Of a stretch of DNA of 64,000 nt, positions 10,747 through 20,050 are shown one piece after another. Both the position numbers and the translations under genes were made by a program. The stretch covers positions 53,430 through 117,429 of the IMG/VR virus record IMGVR_UViG_3300021959_010405; one strand, given 5' to 3'. The notes beneath the pieces are model-generated. The model had not been told where the DNA came from. It saw only the letters and a list, made by a program, of their open reading frames with translations, and ran no database searches. Within the stretch, counting starts at the first letter, position 1. Each line of letters opens with the position of its first letter. Source of the DNA: a virus.

Positions 10747-11141
10747 TATAACATCTCAAGCTTCATTAGCTCGACAATATTTTTTATATCCCAAACCATA
10801 GAGGTAAGATTTTTTTCAGTTTTTTCTAAAAACTCAATAATTAATTCTAACTCCTTACATTTATTAGTAAGTTCCGTCATTTCGCTACTACCTTTAGCCA
10901 TTTTAAGAGATTCTGGTATACTCAAGCGCGTTACAGATTTTTCTCTAAGTTTTTCAGCGATTTCTCTCTCACGCTGTTGCTTTTCTTTATATATTGAATT
11001 GAGCTCATGCTTATGCCTTATGAGTCTAGCAGTCCAGTAGTGTCTTCTTGCAGGAAGGCGGCGTTGAACCTCGCTCACGTTCATTTCATCTATAGAAAGC
11101 TCTAATTTAAGTTCCTCTATATATTTTTCAAGAAGATCCAT
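10746..11141 (-). CDS. uvsY: Recombination mediator UvsY
   Basis: 131-aa helical protein ending ...WDIKNIVELMKL, adjacent to uvsW. Confidence 0.75.
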   Translation of the reverse strand: MDLLEKYIEELKLELSIDEMNVSEVQRRLPARRHYWTARLIRHKHELNSIYKEKQQREREIAEKLREKSVTRLSIPESLKMAKGSSEMTELTNKCKELELIIEFLEKTEKNLTSMVWDIKNIVELMKLEML

Positions 11142-11162
11142 CTTATTAATATAAATACTAAT

Positions 11163-11411
11163 ATGGAGAAATCCAATCTTTATTTTAATACATTTATAAA
11201 AATACTATCTGAGGACTCAATCGCTGGAGATGGTGGCTCATTCGGTGAATTACAACCTACCGCTACTACATTTAGCGGAGATAATTATGCGCCAGGGGAT
11301 GCGCGTAATATATTCGGCGGATTACCTAATAAAATCCAAAGAAGAGCTGGAATTAGTACAAAAAAACGTAAAAAACGTAAAAAAACTAGAAAATCTCGTA
11401 AAAACCGTTGA
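11163..11411 (+). CDS. Small late protein with highly basic C-terminus
   Basis: TATAAATA 5 nt before the ATG; C-terminus KKRKKRKKTRKSRKNR. Confidence 0.7.
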   Translation: MEKSNLYFNTFIKILSEDSIAGDGGSFGELQPTATTFSGDNYAPGDARNIFGGLPNKIQRRAGISTKKRKKRKKTRKSRKNR

Positions 11412-11480
11412 CTTATAAACCACGGGAATAAATAACTCTTGGCTGGGGTTGGGAGCCCTGAATAAAAACGGCCGATAAAA

Positions 11481-11903
11481 ATGATAAATTTAGGCCATTG
11501 GGTTACAGAATTAGAGATACCAGAAGATCCGTACGGATTTATATACGTTATAACAAATACCGATAATAATCATAAGTATATTGGTAAAAAGCAGTGTAAG
11601 ACCATCCTCAAACGCGCGCCTCTTAAGGGTAAGAAAAGAAAAAGACACGTCGAGAAAGATACTGACTGGAGAACATATACCGGATCGTGCAATAAGCTTA
11701 ATTCTGATATTGAATCGATCGGTAAAGATAAATTTATTTTCGAAATTATTAGATTCTGCAATAATAAATGGGAATTAGCTTATTTCGAGATGAAAGAGCA
11801 GCTAGAAAAAGACGTTCTCATAAGTGATCAGTACTATAACGGTATTATTAATGCTAGAATCGGTAAAATTCCCGACGAAACACGCCGTCTTCTTGAAGAA
11901 TAG
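11481..11903 (+). CDS. GIY-YIG family nuclease
   Basis: YGFIYVITN...KYIGKKQ, YTGS, EII, YYNGII motifs. Confidence 0.8.
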   Translation: MINLGHWVTELEIPEDPYGFIYVITNTDNNHKYIGKKQCKTILKRAPLKGKKRKRHVEKDTDWRTYTGSCNKLNSDIESIGKDKFIFEIIRFCNNKWELAYFEMKEQLEKDVLISDQYYNGIINARIGKIPDETRRLLEE

Positions 11904-11941
11904 TTGATATTCTCTCATATCAATATATTGTTATATAGTAT

Positions 11942-12517
11942 ATGGGGGTAGATTTAAAATATTACAACATAGAGCTAATAGATATAACAGACATATTAGC
12001 GGATGTCGTTCTACCAGACTGGGTCGACTATATGCATGAATTCTCAGTAGATCTTAGTAAGAAATCTCATAAGCTTAAAATATTTTATCATTTTTTTATT
12101 AAAACAGTCTGCGATCTGCTCTTAGATGCAGATATCTCCACTAAAAAAGTACTATTTCTCAATCTTCGACAGGAGAGAATACCAAATACAATACTTCGTA
12201 ATAGAGCAGCTGCAGCTGGCTATAATGATAGTGAGTTTTACCTACTTGTTAAGGGACTTATAACAAAACTCGAACGTAATTTTCCTCTTAAATTTTACAT
12301 TAGTAGTTATTCTTATGATAAGTTCATGAAATTAATCGATTCTGGAGACGGTCACGCTGTTTATCACATCAATCTAATGCGTAGCAAGTTGGATACTATA
12401 GGTAAAAATAAATATCAATATAATTTAGTTGATAAATTTATAAAGAAATATGAATTAACGTGGCTAGACGAGAACTATTTTAATGGTTTTAAGACAAAAC
12501 TACTATCAATTCTATAA
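11942..12517 (+). CDS. Hypothetical protein (weak resemblance to the PIN/RNase H N-terminus)
   Basis: 191-aa ORF with own TTGATA-N16-TATTGT promoter; LIDITD...KKVLFLN pattern. Confidence 0.55.
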   Translation: MGVDLKYYNIELIDITDILADVVLPDWVDYMHEFSVDLSKKSHKLKIFYHFFIKTVCDLLLDADISTKKVLFLNLRQERIPNTILRNRAAAAGYNDSEFYLLVKGLITKLERNFPLKFYISSYSYDKFMKLIDSGDGHAVYHINLMRSKLDTIGKNKYQYNLVDKFIKKYELTWLDENYFNGFKTKLLSIL

Positions 12518-12530
12518 ATAATACTTATAT

Positions 12531-12944
12531 ATGAAGAAATTTGATCGTATAGCGCGTACCGCTATTGAGTATTTGACTGAGCAATCTCCAAATGAGGTTC
12601 TCGGCGCTGCAGCACCAGTTGATCCGAATTTAGCTGCAGATCCATCGATGGGAGCCGGGGAGATGGCGCCTCAAGAAGCGCCTCCGGTAGAGGAACCTGA
12701 GCAGGAGGTAGAGACTTTATCACCAGAGGCTGAGGTAGTGCTAGTTAAGTTTATACGTAAAGCACTTTTAATCGATTTATCCTTAGAAGATAAAGCTAAG
12801 TTAATTAATTTAATACCTACTGATAAAGATATCGATCAGACTAATGCTAAATCGATTTTGGAAGCCCTTCAATCAATAATTGGATCGTATTCCACTACAA
12901 AAACAACAGAAGAGGATAAGGATAAATTAAACATACCTGGATAA
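12531..12944 (+). CDS. Late hypothetical protein (candidate head-internal protein)
   Basis: TATAAATA upstream; N-terminus MKKFDRI..AIEYLTE; acidic Pro/Ala-rich linker. Confidence 0.65.
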   Translation: MKKFDRIARTAIEYLTEQSPNEVLGAAAPVDPNLAADPSMGAGEMAPQEAPPVEEPEQEVETLSPEAEVVLVKFIRKALLIDLSLEDKAKLINLIPTDKDIDQTNAKSILEALQSIIGSYSTTKTTEEDKDKLNIPG

Positions 12945-12945
12945 T

Positions 12946-14001
12946 ATGAGTTGCTGGAAATCATTAAGTGAAATATATACTGAAATATATACTGAAAACG
13001 TAGTTGAAGGTAAAGAATTATTAAGTGCCCAAGATTTAATTTCAAAAATTAAAGAACTAGACAGTAATAACGCGTTGACACCAGAAGTAATTGAATATCT
13101 AAATCAATATCTAAGTACGGTTCCATATAAAATAAAAATTATTAATCATCTTAACCGCCATAACTTGAATAGCTCGACCTTTAGCGGTGGCCCGGATAGT
13201 AATGTAGAAAATATCATTATTAATATAATAGCTAGAAATAATGATCTCGAAAATTATTTAAATTATATTAATAATCCCGTCGATCTATCCAGTATAGGAA
13301 AATCCGGTAATTTAGTAGCAATAATGACCAAACAAACTGGGATGAGCATTAATACTGTTAAGAGTCTTATAAATATAATAGGGACTGAGAGTGGTCGAGG
13401 GATAGGTAAAGGTGAAGTCTTCTCAGCTGCTGTTTTTAACGACGTATCTCAAGGCGGAGCGGGTGAAGGCGATCTTAATTGGAATGGAAGATACTTAGAG
13501 GTGAAGGGAACCAGCGCGAGATTAGGGGGACGGGGCCGAGAATTTGATAATTTTCAAAATATTACACTAGGTAAAATAGCATATACGCTTAATACTCCGG
13601 GGACGGCAAATTCTATTAAAATTGTAGATATTATTGTAAATATTGCCAAAAACAAAAGTGGTAATATTGAGAAAGAGCAATTGCAAAATGCAATTAGAGA
13701 ATTTATAACGATGGCTTATGGGGTAAATATCGACAATATTATTAAATTAGAGTCTATTGATTTAAAAGATCCAAGAAAAGTTCGCAATATGTTAACTACT
13801 ATATATTTTACCAGTTATGCAATGCGGCACAATGTATCGGATTTTCTTTTTATAAGAACAGATGAAAGTTCGCGAAGCGGGTTTGGTAACTTTAGATTGT
13901 TTAACGCTTCAGAAATTAAAAAGCTAGTGGATGAAGATATGATATCATGCGGCGTTATTACTCTTAAGAACTTAGATCCATCACTCAATACTATTAAGTA
14001 A
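12946..14001 (+). CDS. PD-(D/E)XK restriction-endonuclease-like protein
   Basis: GIGKGE....GDLNWNGRYLEVKG motif. Confidence 0.55.
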   Translation: MSCWKSLSEIYTEIYTENVVEGKELLSAQDLISKIKELDSNNALTPEVIEYLNQYLSTVPYKIKIINHLNRHNLNSSTFSGGPDSNVENIIINIIARNNDLENYLNYINNPVDLSSIGKSGNLVAIMTKQTGMSINTVKSLINIIGTESGRGIGKGEVFSAAVFNDVSQGGAGEGDLNWNGRYLEVKGTSARLGGRGREFDNFQNITLGKIAYTLNTPGTANSIKIVDIIVNIAKNKSGNIEKEQLQNAIREFITMAYGVNIDNIIKLESIDLKDPRKVRNMLTTIYFTSYAMRHNVSDFLFIRTDESSRSGFGNFRLFNASEIKKLVDEDMISCGVITLKNLDPSLNTIK

Positions 14002-14020
14002 ATATTGCTGATTTATAAAT

Positions 14021-15298
14021 ATGAGAACATTTAAACAATACTATAAAAATAAAAAACAAAATCTCTATTTAGAATTTTTTGATGCTATAGATGGCGCAGT
14101 TAAGCACATTGATCATTTAGAGGAAAACATTCTTAACAAAGGTAAGCAAGGAGTACATGACGCACTAAATCAAATTGAAGCTTCGATAAAGTACTTCACA
14201 GAAGAATCTGATTATAAAATTAGTGTTAAGTTTGATGGAGCTCCAGCTATAGTTGCAGGGACTGATCCTAGTGGAAGATTCTTTGTAGCCAGTAAGTCCG
14301 CTTTTGCAAAAAATCCAAAAATAAACTATACTGTTGAAGATATTGAGCGAAATCACGGCCACGCTCCAGGTTTGGTAGATAAATTAGTAAAAGCTTTAAA
14401 ATATTTACCTTCTTTAAATATAAAAGGCATCTATCAAATGGATTTTATGTTTGATGATCAACTCAAGCAAATAGAAACCCCACAAACAATAGATGGTGTG
14501 CCCAATGAGAATACATTTATAACATTTACACCGAATACCATTAAGTATGCTGTATCTCCGGATAGTCCGTATGGAGATCAAATACAGAAAGCACAAATAG
14601 GGGTTGCAGTGCATATTGAATATGAGGTGCGTGATGGGATTCTTAAGGTTAAAAAATATACATCAAGTCCGGATGAGTTTTCATCTTCTAATACGGTATT
14701 TTTATTCAACGTTTTAGCGGGTAAGTCTAAACAAGGTGTGAGTAGGTTCACAAAAAGACTTTTAACCGATGTTAAACGTAAGAAAGAGCGTGTATTAAAA
14801 TTATCTAACAATATAAAGTTTAAAGAGCTCGAACCTTATAACGCGTTAATAAAGACGTATATTAATAGTGAAATTAGAAGCGGTAGATTCTTAGATAATA
14901 TTGCAATGTCTACTGATGAATTAGTAAGATATAATGCTGATAGATATCAAAAGCAAATTGATAAGCTTAAATCCGATGCTGGTAAGCAAAGAAAGAAAGA
15001 ACAAATGGATGCAGATATGGGTAAGCTTATGGAGCTTAGATCTTCCGTTAAGGGGGTATTGGAAATTACTAAAATTATAGCAATGTTAAAAAATAATCTC
15101 GTTAAAATATTTAATGAGATAACTCGCAACGATTTGCTTGGAAATTATCTCGATGAGGGAGGCGGTCAATGGCAAACAACCGCGCCAGAAGGTTTCGCTT
15201 TATCGAAGGTAGATGATGAAGGGGCTCAAATAACCAAAATGGTAGATCGTCAAGAATTTAGTGCAGCAAACTTTGGAACTGGAAAACCTGGATCATGA
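14021..15298 (+). CDS. DUF6267-like protein with ligase-type nucleotidyltransferase motifs
   Basis: HIDHLEE, KFDGAPA (KxDG motif I), FFVASKS, EGF, KMVDRQEFS; usually paired with a cytidylyltransferase in T4-like phages. Confidence 0.7.
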   Translation: MRTFKQYYKNKKQNLYLEFFDAIDGAVKHIDHLEENILNKGKQGVHDALNQIEASIKYFTEESDYKISVKFDGAPAIVAGTDPSGRFFVASKSAFAKNPKINYTVEDIERNHGHAPGLVDKLVKALKYLPSLNIKGIYQMDFMFDDQLKQIETPQTIDGVPNENTFITFTPNTIKYAVSPDSPYGDQIQKAQIGVAVHIEYEVRDGILKVKKYTSSPDEFSSSNTVFLFNVLAGKSKQGVSRFTKRLLTDVKRKKERVLKLSNNIKFKELEPYNALIKTYINSEIRSGRFLDNIAMSTDELVRYNADRYQKQIDKLKSDAGKQRKKEQMDADMGKLMELRSSVKGVLEITKIIAMLKNNLVKIFNEITRNDLLGNYLDEGGGQWQTTAPEGFALSKVDDEGAQITKMVDRQEFSAANFGTGKPGS

Positions 15299-15894
15299 AT
15301 TTTACCCAATATGTAGAAAGTCAAAATAGTAACTCAGTAGCCTTACTACCGGGAGGGTTTAAGCCACCAACAAAGGGTCACTTTAGAGCATTTAAATATA
15401 TTCTCGAAGATGCTGATAAAGGTATTGTATTTATCGGTTCAGGTGACCGTGAGTTAGTAGAGAATGAGCCAGAAAAAGGAGTCATTACTCAAGCTCAATC
15501 AAAAGCTATCTGGGAGATCTATGCCAAGCATCTTGGTAAGCCAATTGAGGTTCGTACATCAGCAAATACCCCTGTTAGGGATGTATATAAATATGCAGAT
15601 GCAAATCCAGATTTACCAATTATTGTAGGTGCTGGTGGGCCGCGTGAAATCAAACCTGGGGTATTTGATAAGGGTGATATGAAGCGTTATGAATATTTCG
15701 TAAAGAACCCTGAGAAGTATCCTCTTGTTAGGGTTGTTCAGATTCCAAGTCAAGAAAAAGGTATGCGAGCTACTGTAATGAGAGAGCTACTTGCAAAGGA
15801 TTTAGATGCTGGTATTGAAGCATTTGCACCTCTTGGTGATGATGGTATAACAGAATCTGATAAAGATGCAATTAAGAGCATTTTAGGTGGCTAA
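15295..15894 (+). CDS. Cytidylyltransferase-like (HIGH family) nucleotidyltransferase
   Basis: GGFKPPTKGH (HxGH-type motif), IVGAG, C-terminal MRATVMR (KMSKS-like). Confidence 0.8.
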   Translation: MNFTQYVESQNSNSVALLPGGFKPPTKGHFRAFKYILEDADKGIVFIGSGDRELVENEPEKGVITQAQSKAIWEIYAKHLGKPIEVRTSANTPVRDVYKYADANPDLPIIVGAGGPREIKPGVFDKGDMKRYEYFVKNPEKYPLVRVVQIPSQEKGMRATVMRELLAKDLDAGIEAFAPLGDDGITESDKDAIKSILGG

Positions 15895-15906
15895 AAGGAA
15901 CTCTGA

Positions 15907-16071
15907 TATAATAATGTTGTTCAGATACCAAGTCAAGAAAAAGGTATGAGTGGTACTGAAATGCGAAAGCTTATTGCTGATGATTTAGACGAGGCTTTAA
16001 AATATTTCGTGCCAGAGGAGGTATCCACGGAGGGTCGTGAAATGATTAAACTAATTCTTCAAGGTAGTTAA
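15907..16071 (+). pseudogene. Orphan alternative 3' end of the cytidylyltransferase-like gene
   Basis: Reads YNNVVQIPSQEKGMSGTEMRKLIADDLDEALKYFVPEEVSTEGREMIKLILQGS*; 33-bp near-identical repeat of 15733-15765 at 15916-15948; in-frame TGA just upstream. Confidence 0.75.
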
Positions 16072-16306
16072 TAATACTCTTAAGTTTTTGGTCTTGCATA
16101 CTGTCTACTTTTGATTTATCTATATTATTTACCACACTTTTAAGAGTATCTACTAGCTCGTCAGTTGTAATTGTCTCATTATTGGTAATATTTACAGGTT
16201 GATTTTGATTTGATGTGATTATTGGATCTAAACCGGGGCCTAAACCGAGATTTTCTAAAACCTGATCAATAAAAACTCGAGTTGATTCTTTTTCCCAATT
16301 ATTCAT
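16046..16306 (-). CDS. Small late hypothetical protein
   Basis: 86-aa ORF with TAAATA upstream on the minus strand. Confidence 0.6.
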   Translation of the reverse strand: MNNWEKESTRVFIDQVLENLGLGPGLDPIITSNQNQPVNITNNETITTDELVDTLKSVVNNIDKSKVDSMQDQKLKSIINYLEELV

Positions 16307-16362
16307 CTATATATTATTTATATAAACTCTCTAAAAGACTATCTATTACCATAAATATTTGT

Positions 16363-16683
16363 ATGTCTAACGAGAATAAAGATATAGTTGCTTTATATGA
16401 GAAAGCGATCGCAATAATCGGCGCAATGCCTCATGATATGGATCATTCACATGAAGTAGCTGATGATCATAACCCTATGGAGCGAGATGAGAGTGAGATT
16501 CATATGGCGCTATCCGAACTTAAGAAGTTAGCTGAATACTCTCAAAAACTTTATGATAAAGTAGAGCAACTCGACGGTTTAGAGGGATGGGTTGCATCTA
16601 AGATTACTAAAGCAAGCGATTATATATCATCTGCATATCACTGGATAGATTACGAGCATGAAGATCACAATCACGGGTGCTAA
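16363..16683 (+). CDS. His/acidic hypothetical late protein of large T4-like phages (start adjusted to MSNENKD)
   Basis: TAAATA-N5-ATG at 16363; E.EIHMALSEL...LEGWVASKITKASDYI motif. Confidence 0.7.
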   Translation: MSNENKDIVALYEKAIAIIGAMPHDMDHSHEVADDHNPMERDESEIHMALSELKKLAEYSQKLYDKVEQLDGLEGWVASKITKASDYISSAYHWIDYEHEDHNHGC

Positions 16684-16709
16684 TAATAAAAATTTAACTA
16701 AATATAGCT

Positions 16710-17027
16710 ATGGGACAATCATTTACTGACAACAACGGAACGACTTTTCATAATATTAACCAATGTAGATCATTTACGTTTACTGCAGCCGCGAGTATCG
16801 CTAAGTTTGCTAGCCAGCCATGCTCAGAAGTCGTAATCGTTAATACTTCTGGTTCTCTTTTATCTGCTTATGATAGTGGATATTCAGATCCTGAAAATGC
16901 TCTTGTTATACCCGACAATACTGTATTTACTATTAGAGGTCTTACTAATAGTGATCAGGTAAGCGCGGCTGGTTCTGGCCCTTTATCTTACAGAACCCAA
17001 TTTTTTAGTAATAATCCGCAGAGATAG
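16710..17027 (+). CDS. Small late beta-rich structural protein
   Basis: TAAATA-N5-ATG; beta-strand-rich 105 aa. Confidence 0.6.
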   Translation: MGQSFTDNNGTTFHNINQCRSFTFTAAASIAKFASQPCSEVVIVNTSGSLLSAYDSGYSDPENALVIPDNTVFTIRGLTNSDQVSAAGSGPLSYRTQFFSNNPQR

Positions 17028-17065
17028 CATTGTTAATATTATCTATATTACTAAATAGATAATAA

Positions 17066-20008
17066 ATGATAGTGTTTAGCGAAAAGGTGCAACCCACCTT
17101 TACTAGCTCTGATCATAACGTCATTATTGTTGAAGATTTCAATGAAATCTTCTTCGACGTTTTTGAATTAGAGATAAACGGGAATAAATTTGTAGCGGAG
17201 AAGGTATCTGATCATAACGGATCCCCTGTTGTAACTATCCCTATTGAAAATGACGGTAAAAAATATAATGTACCGTGTATTCTAGAGAGGGGGGATAAAT
17301 TCGAGCTTTATTACAATAAGGACGCTCAAAAAACATATAAGCCCGTTAAAACATCTCCTAAGACTAACGATATTAATATACTCGAATTAGTTGAAACCAA
17401 AATACAGGAAAAAGTTCCTTTATTTGAAGTACCGGACATCGAGAAAGCGGTAGATAATATAAAATCTATTAAAGAATCTGCTGCCAGTTACTTAGAGCGC
17501 ATGCGACTAGAGTATCTGGATGAGCAAAAGCGTGAGATAGATAAGTACGAGAAGAAAAAGAAGAGTGAAATTAAAAGACTTAACGACGATTACCGTCGAA
17601 GCATGGTTTCTGAATTTTACGCTATTACAGAAAACATAAAAGACCAAATTTCTGAACAAAATATTAAGGAAAGAGATCAATATAACGATTTTATTAATGA
17701 GTCTTTTAACCAGTACTGTCAGGAATTAGATCAAAAGGTAGGAAAAGATTATCAATCCGCGATTAACCTGTTTGAATCTAAGATTGAGACTCTGACTAAC
17801 GATATTTTTACCGAAAAAATTCAAAATATCTTCGAATCTAAGGTAAGTGATCTAGAAAAAGTACTATCTGGTAAAGAAGCTCTCTTCGAAAAAGAGTTCA
17901 CCGGTAAATTTGACGAATATTCTAAAAAAATATTAGAGAAAGTTGAGAATAAAACTAATTCTTTCAATGAGCATGTAGAAAATCTTGCTAAACGTTATGA
18001 AGATGCTATTCAGTCATTGCGAGAGTCTAATATTGAAACGAATGACTTAATTACTAAGAATACTAATAGAGCTTTAAGTAGAATAGGTAATGTAAAGACG
18101 GTTCTTACTAATAAAATAGACGAAGATTTATCTAAATTACAAGAATCTAATAAAGAGGTAGAAAGGGACTTAAGAGCTAAATTATCCAATCACAAAAGCT
18201 ATATTAAAAAATATTTTGGGGATAAAGTTTCTATATTAGAAACTAAATTTACTGATATTAGTGAAGATTATAGAGATAATGTAATTGATTTAATACATAA
18301 GAGCGAGGAGAAGCTACTTAATGAAATTTCTAAGATAGATAGAGAACTCCCAACAGTATTTTTAAAGGAAGCTAAAGATAGCTCCGGAAATAATTCAGAG
18401 GTCTCGCTTGAAGATATACGTAAAGAGTTAGAGAATAATATATCTAATAAATTTAGTAGAGAAATAGTAAGTCTTAAGAGACTTATTGAAATGTCGAGCG
18501 GTGGAGGATCTGTAGCGCAACAATTTGCGAATGGCGGAGTAATCAATGGTGACTTAGTCATTACCGGATCGATCTCGGCGTCCTCATTTCTCGGAATTTC
18601 CGGTACTAGTGGTACCGGAGGTGGTACATTATCAGCAGATAGTATAATATTTAATACTCAAGCAGGTATTACGCCCGGTGTAGGAGAGTTAACATGGAAT
18701 GCAGATGAGGAATCTCTAGATTATGGAGTTAATAGTGATGTTACTCTTCAGATAGGTCAAGAGCAGTTAATTCACGTTAAAGCAGAGGAGGATATTAAGA
18801 ACGGTCAAGCGGTTTATGCTTCCGGTGCTAGTGGTACTGGCTCTGGTAATATAAAGGTTAGACTCTTTAGAGCTAATGCAGGAGGTACTGACGAACTTTA
18901 TTTTATCGGTATAGCTACTCAAGACATAGCTACAAACGAATTCGGATTTGTTACTACTTTTGGTAAAGTGCGTGGTGTACAGGTAGCTGATACAAGAGCT
19001 AGCGATGACCCTCAAGCATTAAGTGCCAATAATGAGGGTTGGAATATAGGCACAATTCTGTATGTGTCTCCTGCAGAGGCAGGCAAGTTTACACAAACCA
19101 AACCAGTAGCTCCTGATAAGGATATACCGGTAGTAATGATTCTTTCTGAGAATGGTAATCAGCGTACATTCTTTACCAGATATGAGCACGGGTATCACCT
19201 AAGCGAGATTCATGACGTATTATATAATGAGCCTATTAGCGATGGTGATTTACTAACCTGGAATAATACAATAAGTGCGTGGGAGAATCAGCCCTCTAAC
19301 TCGTCAGAAACAGATCCGGTATTTTCGTCATGGGCTCAAACTAATAGCGCTAACTACGATGTTGCATATGAGACCGTATCATCAGGCGGTGAAATTGGAG
19401 GAGATTTAACGGTTGTAGGTGATGTTAGCGCATATAACGTAACGGGTGAAAATATAACTTCTATTGAAAATAAAATAGAATCGATATATTCTTATCTAAT
19501 TCAAAATTTTGAACATACCTATACTGCAACCTCAACAACAATAGAAAATTTCGTTTCTAGCGAGTGGACTGCATCGTTAAATTTACAGCCGGGCGATATT
19601 TTATTACTATCGGGAGCAAATATAGCGTATATACTAGGAGAATCAGACGGTTCCGGTGTTGATAATTACTATCCGGTAAATTTAAAACCAAATTTTATTT
19701 TCTTTAAAGCGGGAATTGAAGATTATAGTACCCTAGATACTTTTCCCTTATCATCAACAAAGAGCTCTAAATATGTAGTTCAGGTAGAGGATAATGAAAC
19801 TGCTGATGTTTTTTATTGCGAGTTAAATGTGGTTTCTAATGGTACAATTGCAACTGTAACTGAATTTGGAGCGAACTATACAACTAATGAACCTTTTGTT
19901 GAGTTTGGCGCTGAGGTTGACAGCCAGGCAGTAGCATTAACCGCAACCGGTATTGATAAAGATATGAGCAATTTTATTTTTAAGGGTAATAGAATAAATT
20001 TATTTTAA
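17066..20008 (+). CDS. Large virion structural/tail-associated protein
   Basis: Long coiled coil, SSGGGSVAQQFANGG junction, fibre-like module, C-terminal SSKYVVQVED...ELNVVSNG domain seen in T4-like structural proteins. Confidence 0.7.
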   Translation: MIVFSEKVQPTFTSSDHNVIIVEDFNEIFFDVFELEINGNKFVAEKVSDHNGSPVVTIPIENDGKKYNVPCILERGDKFELYYNKDAQKTYKPVKTSPKTNDINILELVETKIQEKVPLFEVPDIEKAVDNIKSIKESAASYLERMRLEYLDEQKREIDKYEKKKKSEIKRLNDDYRRSMVSEFYAITENIKDQISEQNIKERDQYNDFINESFNQYCQELDQKVGKDYQSAINLFESKIETLTNDIFTEKIQNIFESKVSDLEKVLSGKEALFEKEFTGKFDEYSKKILEKVENKTNSFNEHVENLAKRYEDAIQSLRESNIETNDLITKNTNRALSRIGNVKTVLTNKIDEDLSKLQESNKEVERDLRAKLSNHKSYIKKYFGDKVSILETKFTDISEDYRDNVIDLIHKSEEKLLNEISKIDRELPTVFLKEAKDSSGNNSEVSLEDIRKELENNISNKFSREIVSLKRLIEMSSGGGSVAQQFANGGVINGDLVITGSISASSFLGISGTSGTGGGTLSADSIIFNTQAGITPGVGELTWNADEESLDYGVNSDVTLQIGQEQLIHVKAEEDIKNGQAVYASGASGTGSGNIKVRLFRANAGGTDELYFIGIATQDIATNEFGFVTTFGKVRGVQVADTRASDDPQALSANNEGWNIGTILYVSPAEAGKFTQTKPVAPDKDIPVVMILSENGNQRTFFTRYEHGYHLSEIHDVLYNEPISDGDLLTWNNTISAWENQPSNSSETDPVFSSWAQTNSANYDVAYETVSSGGEIGGDLTVVGDVSAYNVTGENITSIENKIESIYSYLIQNFEHTYTATSTTIENFVSSEWTASLNLQPGDILLLSGANIAYILGESDGSGVDNYYPVNLKPNFIFFKAGIEDYSTLDTFPLSSTKSSKYVVQVEDNETADVFYCELNVVSNGTIATVTEFGANYTTNEPFVEFGAEVDSQAVALTATGIDKDMSNFIFKGNRINLF

Positions 20009-20050
20009 GCTTTTATAGACAAAACCAGCTTAATTTAATAAATAATTTAT

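Noticed and set aside
11439-11475. preQ1-I riboswitch (hairpin plus A-rich tail)
   Set aside because: Loop lacks the conserved preQ1-binding sequence and the downstream gene is unrelated to queuosine; kept only as a generic structured leader
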